This document shows, one piece after another, positions 51,203 to 61,042 of a DNA stretch of 64,000 nt; within the stretch, counting starts at the first letter, position 1; each line of letters begins with the position of its first letter. Source of the stretch: an uncultured Clostridia bacterium (lineage in GTDB: Bacteria > Bacillota > Clostridia > TANB77 > CAG-508); contig CAKOXV010000001.1 in assembly GCA_934130355.1 (NCBI GenBank), positions 23,524 through 87,523 on the forward strand. Reading direction: 5' to 3'. The position numbers and the translations under genes are program-made. The notes under the pieces were generated by a model. The model saw nothing but the letters and a program-made list of their open reading frames with translations. It did not search any database and had not been told where the DNA came from.

Positions 51203-51697
51203 TTATTTTTGCTTTCTTTTGTTAACAATAATCTTTATAATCTTTTTTAACGCAAGATATATAAAAATTCCTGTAATCACTCCGGCAGTATCAATTCCAA
51301 CATCTAAAATTTTTGCACTTCTTCCAGGTACAAAAAATTGATGAATCTCATCTGTGACAGCATAACTCGCTCCAAAAATTATACTATAAAATATCTTCTT
51401 TTTTATATTATTTCCTTTAGTCGTATAAGTATAATTCATTATTAAAAATCCACCAATAGAATATACTGTAAAATGTGCCATTTTTCTAATTACAAATTGG
51501 ATTTTTTCTACAAATGGATCATCTATTTTCAAATTAATTCCAGATATACTTTTTATAAGTTTTACTGTAAAAATTCTGCTTGTATTGCCTGATTCTGTGC
51601 CTTGTTGACTAGAAAATATAAATATTATTGTCATCCATATTATAATAAATATTATTTTAATTATTTTTATTTGATTTTTTTTGTCGAAATTTCTCAT
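51203..51697 (-). CDS. VanZ family membrane protein
   Basis: 164 aa, 4 TM, ...RKMAHFTVYSIGGFL...TDEIHQFFVPGRSAKILDVGIDTAG. Confidence 0.8.
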   Translation of the reverse strand: MRNFDKKNQIKIIKIIFIIIWMTIIFIFSSQQGTESGNTSRIFTVKLIKSISGINLKIDDPFVEKIQFVIRKMAHFTVYSIGGFLIMNYTYTTKGNNIKKKIFYSIIFGASYAVTDEIHQFFVPGRSAKILDVGIDTAGVITGIFIYLALKKIIKIIVNKRKQK

Positions 51698-51742
51698 ACA
51701 ATTTTACTATATCATTTAGAGAAAAAAATATCAACCCTTTTA

Positions 51743-51817
51743 ATAAAAAAAATCCCGACTTATGTCGGGAAATTGTTTCCATTTCAAAAAATACTCCTTG
51801 ATGATTTCAAGGAGTAT
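51743..51817 (-). terminator. Two tandem rho-independent terminators downstream of hpf
   Basis: Minus strand has atactccttga...tcaaggagtat followed by TTTTT, then tcccgac-ataa-gtcggga followed by a T-run. Confidence 0.7.
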
Positions 51818-51823
51818 TTTTGC

Positions 51824-52348
51824 TTATGCTTCGGGCTCAATTAATCCATAATTTTTGCCATCTTTAAGTTTATGTATAACATTAACCTTTTTTGTGTCTG
51901 CATTAACAAATGTTAGGAACATTTGAGTAGGTCTTTCTTGCAATTTTAATTTTGCATCTTCTGGAGTTAATGGTTTAATTTCATAATATTCTGTTTTTAG
52001 AATCTCATCTGTTACTTCATGAACAGGAGGTTCAACCTCTAAAACTTTTAATGTTGAGTCTTTTAACATTCTTTCTTTTTTGGTTTTAAATTTTCTGATT
52101 TGTCCTTCTAATATATCTATATCTTTATCTATAGATGCATATAAGTCTTTATCCTCTGTTACTGCTCTGAAAACTTCGCCATTTGCTGATACTTTCATTT
52201 CTGCTATTTGCACGTTTTTTTCAACTCTTATTACTACATCTGCTTCTGCATCTTCAAAGTATTTTGCAACCCTTTCCATTTTTCTTTCTACATAATCGTT
52301 TATTGCCTCTGTTACCTTTAGTTCCTTTCCTGTTATTTTTATTTGCAT
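51824..52348 (-). CDS. hpf: Ribosome hibernation-promoting factor, long form
   Basis: MQIKITGKELKVTEAINDYVERKMERVAKYF...; 174 aa with a C-terminal dimerisation domain. Confidence 0.92.
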   Translation of the reverse strand: MQIKITGKELKVTEAINDYVERKMERVAKYFEDAEADVVIRVEKNVQIAEMKVSANGEVFRAVTEDKDLYASIDKDIDILEGQIRKFKTKKERMLKDSTLKVLEVEPPVHEVTDEILKTEYYEIKPLTPEDAKLKLQERPTQMFLTFVNADTKKVNVIHKLKDGKNYGLIEPEA

Positions 52349-52494
52349 AAAAATCTCTCCTCTCTTTTTCGTTTATATTACACAGGGCGACTTAGTCGCT
52401 TTGTTCTGTAGATATATCTATATTATAACTTTTATTTCTTTTTTTGGCAAGTATTTGTGAAAAACTTTTGTTTATTGATTTTGCATGTATTTAT

Positions 52495-53997
52495 CTATTT
52501 TTTTCTGTTCTTTATAATACAAAATACAATAATCAATATAATAATCAAAATCGCAAGTACTATTTTTATGTAATTGTAGTTTAGTGTTGAGCCTAAAGGT
52601 GGAATAATATAAACAGCTGATTTTAATTTTTGTAATTCTTGACCTGGTGTTTCGGTTGAATATTTTAAATTTTCTCCTTCATAAAGAGAAAAATCTATAT
52701 GATTTTCAAATATATTATCTTCTTCATCACTATATACTATTAATTTTGTTAGAACAATTTTTAGTTTTAAGTTACCATATTTGTCAATTACATTATTTTT
52801 TGTTTTTTGATAATATACATTATGACTATCATCGTCACTATATAACCACCCTTGATCTGCATTTGTGACATTTTCTGTTAACAGTTTAGAGTTTGGATTA
52901 TAGCAAAAGTTGTCCCCTATATAGTCTACAATATTTATTTGTGTGCAATTAAAATTTGGTTTTATATCAAAAACATATTCTATTGTTAGCAAAGCTGATT
53001 GTGATATTTCTTTATCTAATATGAAATAAGTATTGTTGTTCAAGCAAATTGCATTTTTGCATTCAAATATAAAACTTGTATCTATAGATGTTTGTGAAAC
53101 CTCTTTATATATATCCCTGTAAATACTATTATATATAGAATCCAAATTTTCTTCATTAACATCTCCATAATACTCCCCTATATATCCTAAATCGTCTTTA
53201 AATGCTCCATCATAGTTTCCACCTAACGAAATATTATGAACAAAATATCCTTTATTACAATATTCTCTATATTTTTTCTGACATTCTTTAAGACGTTCAT
53301 TTATTAGTAAATTTAGTATATTCACGTATTCTTCAATATCAGCTCCAGGTTCAGGGGGGGTAATATTATAAGACGCTCCAGGTTTAAGGGTTACCATTCC
53401 ATCAGTCAATGTAATAATAGCTTTCTTAGCTTCAGTTCTAAAAATTATTTTGTCCTTCTCTTGTTCAGGATTATCAATAAATTCTAATGCTTCCGGAAGA
53501 CATGTCATTCCACCTGCTACTAATGAATCAATTGCATTTTTAACTTCTTTTTTTTCTTTTGTAAATCCTCCGTTTTGAGAATTTGTTCGAAGAATTGCAT
53601 CTGATGCAAAGGAAATTACAGCAATTCTCGAATTCACAAATGTTTCCGAAAATTTTTCTGATATTTTTTTTGAGGCAGATTTAGCTTTTTCAATACGATT
53701 ATAATCATTCATCGAGTCAGAAGTATCTATTATTAAAACAATATCAACATCGTCTTCTATTTGTGGTACTTCATTTAAACTACTTTCGCCTATAACACTT
53801 GCATTAGAAACAATTTGACCATTCGCTAATGTTATTGTTGCAGCATTTATAGCAGTATATGCTATGAAATCTTTATTTTCTATATAATTAGGTGTAAAAA
53901 TTGAACCTGATGCATATGAAGTAATTGGTATTGCAAAAACTACAATTAATAATATTATAAAAATTGCAAATTTTTTTCTCATTGGCACCACCTCCAA
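52495..53997 (-). CDS. Secreted von Willebrand factor A domain protein with a C-terminal membrane anchor
   Basis: Signal peptide; MIDAS motif VLIIDTSDSMN. The C-terminus is a hydrophobic segment plus a KNRKK tail. Confidence 0.75.
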   Translation of the reverse strand: MEVVPMRKKFAIFIILLIVVFAIPITSYASGSIFTPNYIENKDFIAYTAINAATITLANGQIVSNASVIGESSLNEVPQIEDDVDIVLIIDTSDSMNDYNRIEKAKSASKKISEKFSETFVNSRIAVISFASDAILRTNSQNGGFTKEKKEVKNAIDSLVAGGMTCLPEALEFIDNPEQEKDKIIFRTEAKKAIITLTDGMVTLKPGASYNITPPEPGADIEEYVNILNLLINERLKECQKKYREYCNKGYFVHNISLGGNYDGAFKDDLGYIGEYYGDVNEENLDSIYNSIYRDIYKEVSQTSIDTSFIFECKNAICLNNNTYFILDKEISQSALLTIEYVFDIKPNFNCTQINIVDYIGDNFCYNPNSKLLTENVTNADQGWLYSDDDSHNVYYQKTKNNVIDKYGNLKLKIVLTKLIVYSDEEDNIFENHIDFSLYEGENLKYSTETPGQELQKLKSAVYIIPPLGSTLNYNYIKIVLAILIIILIIVFCIIKNRKK

Positions 53998-54056
53998 GTC
54001 TTCTTATTTATATTAATTATACTATAATCTTCCATAATAGTCAAATTTTTCAATTT

Positions 54057-55817
54057 TTATTTCAAAACTATTGCTAAAAGCTTGTGATTTAGCGGAAGCC
54101 TCCGGCCGCCTCCGCCTCCACCGAAGGAACCTCCTCCTCCGCCACCTGAAGAAAATCCTCCTCCTCCAGATGAATAGCTCTCAGCTCTTGATCTTGCTGT
54201 TTGTGCTGCATGCATTCCTCTATGAGAACTCATATTTACAAACATAATGTAATCATAAGATGTAAAGTTTGATTCTTGAATAATTTCTGGATATATATCT
54301 TTAAATTCTTTAGCTACTTTTTGTGCTATTCCCATAATTTGTGCAAAAATCAAATATTCTTCAAATAAATGAACTTCAACCGCTTCTCTATCTTTGATAA
54401 GAGTATATTCATTCAAATATCTTTTTAAACCTGCAAGTTCTAATGCTTCTTGTTTCAACTCACGTGTTGCTATATATTTTTTACTCTTAAAGAATTTCAT
54501 TTTAACTTCTTCTTTTTCTTCAATTAAGCCCTCTTTCACAAGTTTAGTTTTTTCATCATCTATTATCTTGTCAAACCAAGAAAGAATTTTTGAATAACTA
54601 TGTTCACACCATTTTTCGAATTCTTTACTTTCTAAATATCCATCTCTGCTTGCTTGATATAGCATATTAAATAATTCTTTTTCTTTTGGCTCTTTAAACA
54701 GTTCAGTATTAGTTTCTGTTAAAACAATAACTGTATTTTCTTTTTTAAATATTTTTCCCGTTTCTTTTTCTTCTATTCTAATCATTCCATCTTTAAGCCA
54801 TTTTAATATTATTGCCCCTAATATGTCTGTTTTATTTTTTATTATATTATATTGATATCCTATGTAATATGCTCTATATATGTCTTTTTTGCATGGTATA
54901 TCTCTAAAATATGGTACATCTTTAGGAATTTTTCTGCCTTCTGTTCCATAGTCTAATCCTTTCGCAGAAGTTGCTGAAGCTATTATTGAAAATATTATTA
55001 CAGCCCAAAATACAAATTGAAATAATGAGACAATAACTCCAATAAATATTCCAAATAGACCTGAAGATGAATCTGAATCTGTATATTTAGTTGTTCCATT
55101 TTCTGCCATATTGTAATAATAATTAAAATCATCTTCGATTATGTTTACTGTGTTAAATGTACCTAATGGAAATTTAACTAAAATTGTCATATATTCATCA
55201 GTTGATAATCTTCCATCTGACTGCATTTCAATATATCCATCATAAACATAAGCTGTTCCTCCATAATTTCCATATCCCCAAACATCAATTGTATCTTTAA
55301 TATCAAAATCAGTATGAATTTTGATATATACATTTCCTATCGAAGTTGAAAATTCATAAGGTATTAAAGTCCAATATATTATTTGTGCATCTGTTGCTTC
55401 TGATACAAAACTTGTAATTGTGTATTTTGCAGTATATGTATGTGATCCATATTTACTTATTCCCCAGCAAAGCTCAATTCCATTAGAAATTTTATGTATT
55501 CCACATTTATTTGCTTTACTTTGTAAAGTTCCAGATGTATTCCAATATGATAATTGTTCATATTGTGTATCTCCATCCATTACTGTTAAATCTTTTATTA
55601 CAGAGTTTCCTAAATTGTAATATGGATGATATACTTCTGTTCCTTGTGTTACATTACATTTCCAAGTTTCTGTAACATATGCATCTCCATTGTTATCCAC
55701 ATAGATATCCATTGATATACTTTGTATTGAATTTGCTTCTACTTTATTCAATATTGAAAATAAAGCAAATGCAAACAAGAAAATAAATAATATTTTAATT
55801 GTCTTTTTCATTGACAT
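54057..55817 (-). CDS. DUF2207 domain-containing membrane protein with a Gly-rich C-terminus
   Basis: Signal peptide, extracellular N-domain, central TMs, and C-terminal SSGGGGFSSGGGGGGSFGGGGGG, typical of DUF2207 proteins. Confidence 0.7.
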   Translation of the reverse strand: MSMKKTIKILFIFLFAFALFSILNKVEANSIQSISMDIYVDNNGDAYVTETWKCNVTQGTEVYHPYYNLGNSVIKDLTVMDGDTQYEQLSYWNTSGTLQSKANKCGIHKISNGIELCWGISKYGSHTYTAKYTITSFVSEATDAQIIYWTLIPYEFSTSIGNVYIKIHTDFDIKDTIDVWGYGNYGGTAYVYDGYIEMQSDGRLSTDEYMTILVKFPLGTFNTVNIIEDDFNYYYNMAENGTTKYTDSDSSSGLFGIFIGVIVSLFQFVFWAVIIFSIIASATSAKGLDYGTEGRKIPKDVPYFRDIPCKKDIYRAYYIGYQYNIIKNKTDILGAIILKWLKDGMIRIEEKETGKIFKKENTVIVLTETNTELFKEPKEKELFNMLYQASRDGYLESKEFEKWCEHSYSKILSWFDKIIDDEKTKLVKEGLIEEKEEVKMKFFKSKKYIATRELKQEALELAGLKRYLNEYTLIKDREAVEVHLFEEYLIFAQIMGIAQKVAKEFKDIYPEIIQESNFTSYDYIMFVNMSSHRGMHAAQTARSRAESYSSGGGGFSSGGGGGGSFGGGGGGRRLPLNHKLLAIVLK

Positions 55818-55930
55818 CCCCCTTTTTCATTTTCATTATCTCATACCACCTAAAATTTATCAACACAATTTCTTTATTTGTTGAATTTTATTTGATTTTG
55901 TGCGATAATATAAGCATTCGGAGGTTTAAA

Positions 55931-58288
55931 ATGAATAGCAATTTAAAAAAATTAGAATTTGACAAGATTTTAGAAAATATATCAAATTATTGTAAAACAT
56001 ATATAGGGAAAAATTATGTAGCAGATTTACGACCATCACATGACAAAGAAGAAGTGCAAAAATGGCTAGATGAAACATCACAAGGAGTTATATTAATTCA
56101 AAGAAATAGCACTCCTCCACTTGGCGAAATTGCTGATATAACAGTTTATTTAAAAGCTTTAGAGAGTTATGGTACTCTTAGCATAAAAGCTTTATTAGAA
56201 ATTCAAAACATTTTGCGAATGTCTATGAATTTAAAAAATTATTTTGAAAAAGATTTTCTTGAAACATCAGATTTTTCTGCAATTGAACAATATTTTCTTG
56301 ATTTATATTCAAATCCAAGTATTGTATCCACTTTTGCAAAATCAATTGTTGATGAAGATACTATTGCAGATACAGCTTCTTCAAAGTTACAAGATATTCG
56401 TAGAAGAGAACGTAAAATTGAACAAGATATCCGTTCAAAACTAAATACTATTCTACATTCATCAACATATTCAAAATATATGAGAGAAAATATTGTAACA
56501 ATACGTAATGGACGTTTTGTAGTTCCTGTTAAAGAAGAATATCGTAGCTCAGTTAAAGGGTTTGTACATGACATGTCAAGTAGTGGTTCAACTGTATTTA
56601 TAGAACCTATTTCAGTTTTTGATTTAAATAATGAATTATCAAATCTACATATTGAAGAAAGTCTTGAAATAGAAAGAATTTTGCAAAATTTAAGTGCTTC
56701 TCTATATCCTTACACAAAAGAACTTGAAAATAATGTTCAAATAATAGGAAAACTTGATTTTATATTTGCAAAAGCACATTATTCTTTAGACTTACATTGT
56801 TCTGAGCCTGAAATCAATTGTTCTAAAATAATAAGACTTAAAAATGCACGTCATCCTTTAATAGATCCTGAAAAAGTAGTTCCATCTTCTTTAGAATTAG
56901 GAAATGATTTTTCAACTTTAATAATTACAGGTCCAAACACAGGTGGAAAAACTGTAACTCTAAAAACAATTGGTTTATTAACAGCAATGGCCTGTAGTGG
57001 ATTAAATATCCCTGCTGACCAACATTCAAGCATATATGTATTTGACCACATTTTTGCGGATATTGGAGATGAACAAAGTATTAGTGAATCTTTAAGTACT
57101 TTTTCATCACATATTAGTAATATTGTAAATATTACTAATAATGCTACAAAAGACAGTTTAATTCTTGTAGATGAACTTGGCTCTGGAACAGACCCTCTTG
57201 AAGGTGCACATCTTGCAATAAGTATTTTACAATATTTTACTGAACTTGGTGCAATTACTGTTGCAACTTCACATTATCAAGAATTAAAACAATATGCATT
57301 AATAACTCCTCGTTTTAAAAATGCTAGTGTTGAGTTTTCTTTAGAAAGTTTAAAGCCAACTTACAGATTATTGATTGGAATCCCTGGAAAAAGTAATGCT
57401 TTTGAAATAAGTAAAAAATTGGGGCTTTCTCCTCAGATTATAGAACGTGCTTTATCTATGATTGACAAAGAAACTATTCATCTAGAAGATTTACTAAAAA
57501 CTATTTATGATGATAAAGCTAAAATTGAGGATGAAAAAATTCGTACAGCTAAAGCTTTAGCAGAAGCTGAAGAATTGAAAAAAAGTTTAAAACATCAAAA
57601 TTCAGATGTTATAAATAAAGAAAAAGAATTAATTGCTAATGCTAAACAAGAAGCTAAACAAATTTTGCTTGATGCAAAAGAAACTGCAAATTCTATAATA
57701 AAAGATATAAACAATTCTACTTCAGCTTCTAGCGCTAATAAACTTAGAAACAAACTAAACGAACAAATATCATCTATAAAGACTGATGTTAAAGATATTT
57801 CAATTTCTGAACCAATTAAGCCTGAAGATATAAAATTAGGTGAAACTGTTTTTGTTTCTAATTTAAATGCACAAGGTACTATAATTTCTAATATTTCTAA
57901 AGATAATACTGTCCAAGTTCAGGTTGGTTCAATGAAAATGAAAGTTGATTTAAAGTATTTGCAAAAAGTTTCTGGTCCTGATTCTACCAATAAATCTAAG
58001 GCTCAAACTCATTATGAACATTCTTCATTTAAATCTCAACATGTGAGTCCAGAGATAAATGTAATTGGTTTAACTGTAGATCAAGCAATTCCTATTATTG
58101 ATAAATATTTGGATGATTGCTATATTGCAAAACTTTCTCCTGTTCGTATTGTCCATGGTAAAGGCACTGGTGCTTTGCGTAATGGTATTCACTCTTACCT
58201 AAAAAGAAATAAATATGTTGATAGTTTTAGACTTGGCTCTTTTAGTGAAGGTGAAATGGGCGTTACTGTTGTTAGTTTGGCAATTTGA
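55931..58288 (+). CDS. mutS2: Endonuclease MutS2 (recombination-inhibiting MutS paralog with Smr domain)
   Basis: Walker A ITGPNTGGKT, DELGSGTDP, and a C-terminal Smr (EINVIGLTVDQA...VRIVHGKGTGALR). The start was moved to the ATG at 55931 after GGAGG. Confidence 0.93.
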   Translation: MNSNLKKLEFDKILENISNYCKTYIGKNYVADLRPSHDKEEVQKWLDETSQGVILIQRNSTPPLGEIADITVYLKALESYGTLSIKALLEIQNILRMSMNLKNYFEKDFLETSDFSAIEQYFLDLYSNPSIVSTFAKSIVDEDTIADTASSKLQDIRRRERKIEQDIRSKLNTILHSSTYSKYMRENIVTIRNGRFVVPVKEEYRSSVKGFVHDMSSSGSTVFIEPISVFDLNNELSNLHIEESLEIERILQNLSASLYPYTKELENNVQIIGKLDFIFAKAHYSLDLHCSEPEINCSKIIRLKNARHPLIDPEKVVPSSLELGNDFSTLIITGPNTGGKTVTLKTIGLLTAMACSGLNIPADQHSSIYVFDHIFADIGDEQSISESLSTFSSHISNIVNITNNATKDSLILVDELGSGTDPLEGAHLAISILQYFTELGAITVATSHYQELKQYALITPRFKNASVEFSLESLKPTYRLLIGIPGKSNAFEISKKLGLSPQIIERALSMIDKETIHLEDLLKTIYDDKAKIEDEKIRTAKALAEAEELKKSLKHQNSDVINKEKELIANAKQEAKQILLDAKETANSIIKDINNSTSASSANKLRNKLNEQISSIKTDVKDISISEPIKPEDIKLGETVFVSNLNAQGTIISNISKDNTVQVQVGSMKMKVDLKYLQKVSGPDSTNKSKAQTHYEHSSFKSQHVSPEINVIGLTVDQAIPIIDKYLDDCYIAKLSPVRIVHGKGTGALRNGIHSYLKRNKYVDSFRLGSFSEGEMGVTVVSLAI

Positions 58289-58295
58289 CAAAATA

Positions 58296-58360
58296 GGGAC
58301 GGTCCTTTTCTTCGCAAATTTGGGGACAGACCTTTGTTAAAAAAAGGACCGTCCCCATTT
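58296..58360. repeat. Three copies of the GGGGAC(G/A)G(T/A)CC motif, two direct and one inverted, forming the mutS2/spoVT convergent terminator region
   Basis: The sequence reads gggacggtcctttt, then aatttggggacagaccttt, then ggaccgtccccattt. Confidence 0.8.
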
Positions 58361-58380
58361 TGTCACCTTGCCATTTATTC

Positions 58381-58935
58381 TTATATTTCCATTTGACTTC
58401 CTAGAAATGTTGCTGCTGATTGAGCTACTTTTTTCTCTACTTCATTCATTTTTGTATTAGATTCTTTAGATAATAAAATTACTGTTCCTATTGTATCTCC
58501 ATTTGAAATTATAGGATATACAACTTGTGCATTATATTTTCTTTGACTATTATCATTTTTTGTTATAGGAACTGAAACATCACTATTGTCTTTGCTTGTA
58601 TAGACTTCTTTTTCTTCCATTAATTGTTCTAATTCATCACTTACATTTTGCTCCAAAAATTCTTTTTTTGCTCCTCCTGAAACTGCTATTACTGTATCTT
58701 TATCTGTAATACATGCTATATGTCCTGTTGTTTTTGATAATGTTTCTGCATATCCTGTTGCAAATTCTGATAATTCTCCTATTGGAGAATATTTTTTTAA
58801 AATTACTTGTCCTTCTCTATCTGTAAATATCTCTAAAGGTTCCCCTTCTTTTATTCTTAAAGTTTTTCTTATTTCTTTTGGTATAACAACTCTTCCTAAA
58901 TCATCTATTCTTCTTACAACTCCTGTTGCTTTCAT
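58381..58935 (-). CDS. spoVT: Stage V sporulation protein T (AbrB-family regulator with GAF-like C-domain)
   Basis: MKATGVVRRIDDLGRVVIPKEIRKTLRIKEGEPLEIFTDREGQVILKKYSPIGEL... is near-identical in pattern to Bacillus SpoVT. The start was moved to 58935 after AAGGAGGA. Confidence 0.9.
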   Translation of the reverse strand: MKATGVVRRIDDLGRVVIPKEIRKTLRIKEGEPLEIFTDREGQVILKKYSPIGELSEFATGYAETLSKTTGHIACITDKDTVIAVSGGAKKEFLEQNVSDELEQLMEEKEVYTSKDNSDVSVPITKNDNSQRKYNAQVVYPIISNGDTIGTVILLSKESNTKMNEVEKKVAQSAATFLGSQMEI

Positions 58936-59071
58936 AATTTTCCTCCTTTTTGTTTTTCTAAGTATATTCTTATTATGACAAAAAAGGAAAAAAATATACA
59001 CGAATTTTAGAAAACTCATTTTGAATTTTTATTGAAAATTTTTAAAAAATATATTATAATAGTTTTGTTAT

Positions 59072-59422
59072 GGGGATGTAATGGTTTCGACATTACATTT
59101 GAAGCATGAATAGCGAGTAGTGGATTCTCGTTTGCCACTATAAAAACGGGAAATTTAAATATAAACGCTGATAATAGAGAATTAGCATTTGCTGCTTAGT
59201 TGCAGTAACGCCTGTTAAAATATCCCCACATATTTTAATTTGGTGTCATTTAGTGGGAAACAAAACTGTTTTTTCTACGAAAACAGTGGGTATTTAGTAG
59301 ATATGTTTGATAATTGTTTGTTTATTAATGATTATTAAATGAATTTTAATAATAAACTGCACTCGGAGAAATTTGTGTGAATTGTGTTATGGACAGGGGT
59401 TCGACTCCCCTCATCTCCACCA
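59072..59422 (+). ncRNA. ssrA: tmRNA (SsrA); predicted tag ADNRELAFAA
   Basis: 5' end is GGGGATGTAATGGTTTCGAC. The 3' end is the tRNA-like GGACAGGGGTTCGACTCCCCTCATCTCCACCA. The internal reading frame GCT GAT AAT AGA GAA TTA GCA TTT GCT GCT TAG follows ...AAATATAAAC. Confidence 0.93.
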
Positions 59423-59493
59423 ATAAGGAATCTATTTGAACTAATTGTATGTAATTAATTGTAAAAACTCACACCTATTAATTATTAATTTCA

Positions 59494-59522
59494 AAAGGCC
59501 ACGCGCATTTGCACGTGACCTT
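59494..59522 (-). terminator. Terminator of the 108-aa orphan gene
   Basis: Minus strand reads ggtcacgtg-caaatg-cgcgtggcc followed by tttt. Confidence 0.55.
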
Positions 59523-59528
59523 TTTAGG

Positions 59529-59855
59529 TTATTGAGCGAGAGTATATAATCTTCCATCCAGCTCAAAAAGCTTTGGATACGTTTCTTGTAACTCTTCCAA
59601 TGTAGAGATTTCTGTATAGAGATCCAAGTTGGAAAAAATCCATAAATCTCCCTCAATATTTAAGGAGATTCCAAGTGCAAAACTCTTGTCAGTAAACATC
59701 ATAACGAAAGTTTTCTCATCAGTAGCATTCTCTGGAAGCTTGTTGACATCAAGATAAATGCCAGAGACTTCCCACACCCGAATGCCGTTTTCAAATGGTA
59801 CAGTCATTGCTTCCCGTAATTTGATGTGTTCTTGATTGTAACTAAGCATAAGCAC
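59529..59855 (-). CDS. Hypothetical protein, 108 aa, G+C-richer than surroundings by eye
   Basis: Clean ORF with its own terminator. I recognise no motif. Confidence 0.5.
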   Translation of the reverse strand: MLMLSYNQEHIKLREAMTVPFENGIRVWEVSGIYLDVNKLPENATDEKTFVMMFTDKSFALGISLNIEGDLWIFSNLDLYTEISTLEELQETYPKLFELDGRLYTLAQ

Positions 59856-60028
59856 AGTCTCCTTTTCAAAATTTTTACATTACTATAATAGCACGAATTA
59901 CCCCAAAAGTCAATTAAACACTATTTCAATTAGTATACATCACAATTAATGCTCTCACATATTTTCATCTTTTAACATATAATATTACAGTTTTATATGG
60001 CATTATTTTATGCCAGATTGGAGTTTTA

Positions 60029-60934
60029 ATGGAAGATTTTATTTTTAGTTCAAATGTAGTATATGAAAATTTAAACACATTAAAAAACACATATCCTTTT
60101 TTACAAATTGAATCTGCAGGAAAAAGTATATTAGGTAAAAATATTCCTTGTGTTCGTGTTGGTCGTGGACAGAAGGAAGTTTTTTATTCTGCTGGATTTC
60201 ATGCAAATGAATGGATCACTTCTATTTTACTTTTAGAATTTTTATATGAATATTGTGCTGCAATTCAAAACAACTTAACTATATGGAATTTTTCTGCTAG
60301 ACGTTTATTTGATTCTGTTTCTATTTATATTATGCCTTTAGTTAATCCAGATGGAGTCGATTTAGTCACAGGCGCTATTCCTCCTTCTTCTAGTAGTTAT
60401 CAACAAGCTAAACAAATTGCTCAAAACTTTCCTGATATTCCTTTTGTTAACGGTTGGAAAGCTAATATTAGAGGTGTAGATTTAAACTTACAATTTCCGG
60501 CAGGATGGAAAAATGCTCGTGAAATAAAATATTCTCAAGGATTCAATAAACCTGCACCACGTGATTTTGTTGGATATGGTCCTCTAACAGAGCCCGAGGC
60601 ATTAGCTGTTTACAATTTTACTTTGAAACATAATTTTAGATTAACACTTGCTTATCATTCTCAGGGTGAGGTTATTTATTGGCAATTTCAAAATTATAAT
60701 CCACCTGATGCCTTCGAAATAGGAACTCAGTTTGCCAATGTTAGTGGATATTTACTTGAACCAACTCCTTATGATTCAAGTTTTGCAGGTTATAAGGATT
60801 GGTTTATTCAAAATTACAATAGACCTGGTTACACAATTGAAGTAGGATTAGGAACAAACCCTCTTCCACTTACTCAATTTAGAGAAATCTATAAAGACAA
60901 TTTAGGTATATTGATACTAGGAGCAATTTTGTAA
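60029..60934 (+). CDS. M14-family gamma-D-glutamyl-(L)-meso-diaminopimelate peptidase / carboxypeptidase (YqgT/endopeptidase I-like)
   Basis: Zn ligands in FHANEW, plus PLVNPDGVDL and LAYHSQGEVIYW. Confidence 0.8.
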   Translation: MEDFIFSSNVVYENLNTLKNTYPFLQIESAGKSILGKNIPCVRVGRGQKEVFYSAGFHANEWITSILLLEFLYEYCAAIQNNLTIWNFSARRLFDSVSIYIMPLVNPDGVDLVTGAIPPSSSSYQQAKQIAQNFPDIPFVNGWKANIRGVDLNLQFPAGWKNAREIKYSQGFNKPAPRDFVGYGPLTEPEALAVYNFTLKHNFRLTLAYHSQGEVIYWQFQNYNPPDAFEIGTQFANVSGYLLEPTPYDSSFAGYKDWFIQNYNRPGYTIEVGLGTNPLPLTQFREIYKDNLGILILGAIL

Positions 60935-60964
60935 AATACAAATTTTGACCTTTTTTGCAATATT

Positions 60965-60993
60965 TTGACACGCTATATGATTTGTGTTATAAT
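60965..60993 (+). promoter_or_regulatory. Perfect sigma-A consensus promoter TTGACA-17 nt-TATAAT
   Basis: TTGACA at 60965-60970 and TATAAT at 60988-60993, with a 17-nt spacer. Confidence 0.7.
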
Positions 60994-61042
60994 ATTTATA
61001 TCTGTAAAGATACAACAATTTTTGAAATGGAGGAATACCACA

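Noticed and set aside
52495-52620. Sortase cell-wall sorting signal at the C-terminus of the vWA protein
   Set aside because: The hydrophobic segment plus basic tail fits, but the preceding sequence (IPPLGST) is not an LPXTG/SPXTG/NPQTN-type motif. I treated it as a simple membrane anchor.
59441-59656. 71-aa minus-strand ORF
   Set aside because: It overlaps the 108-aa ORF in another frame and runs through that gene's terminator hairpin. It has no RBS.
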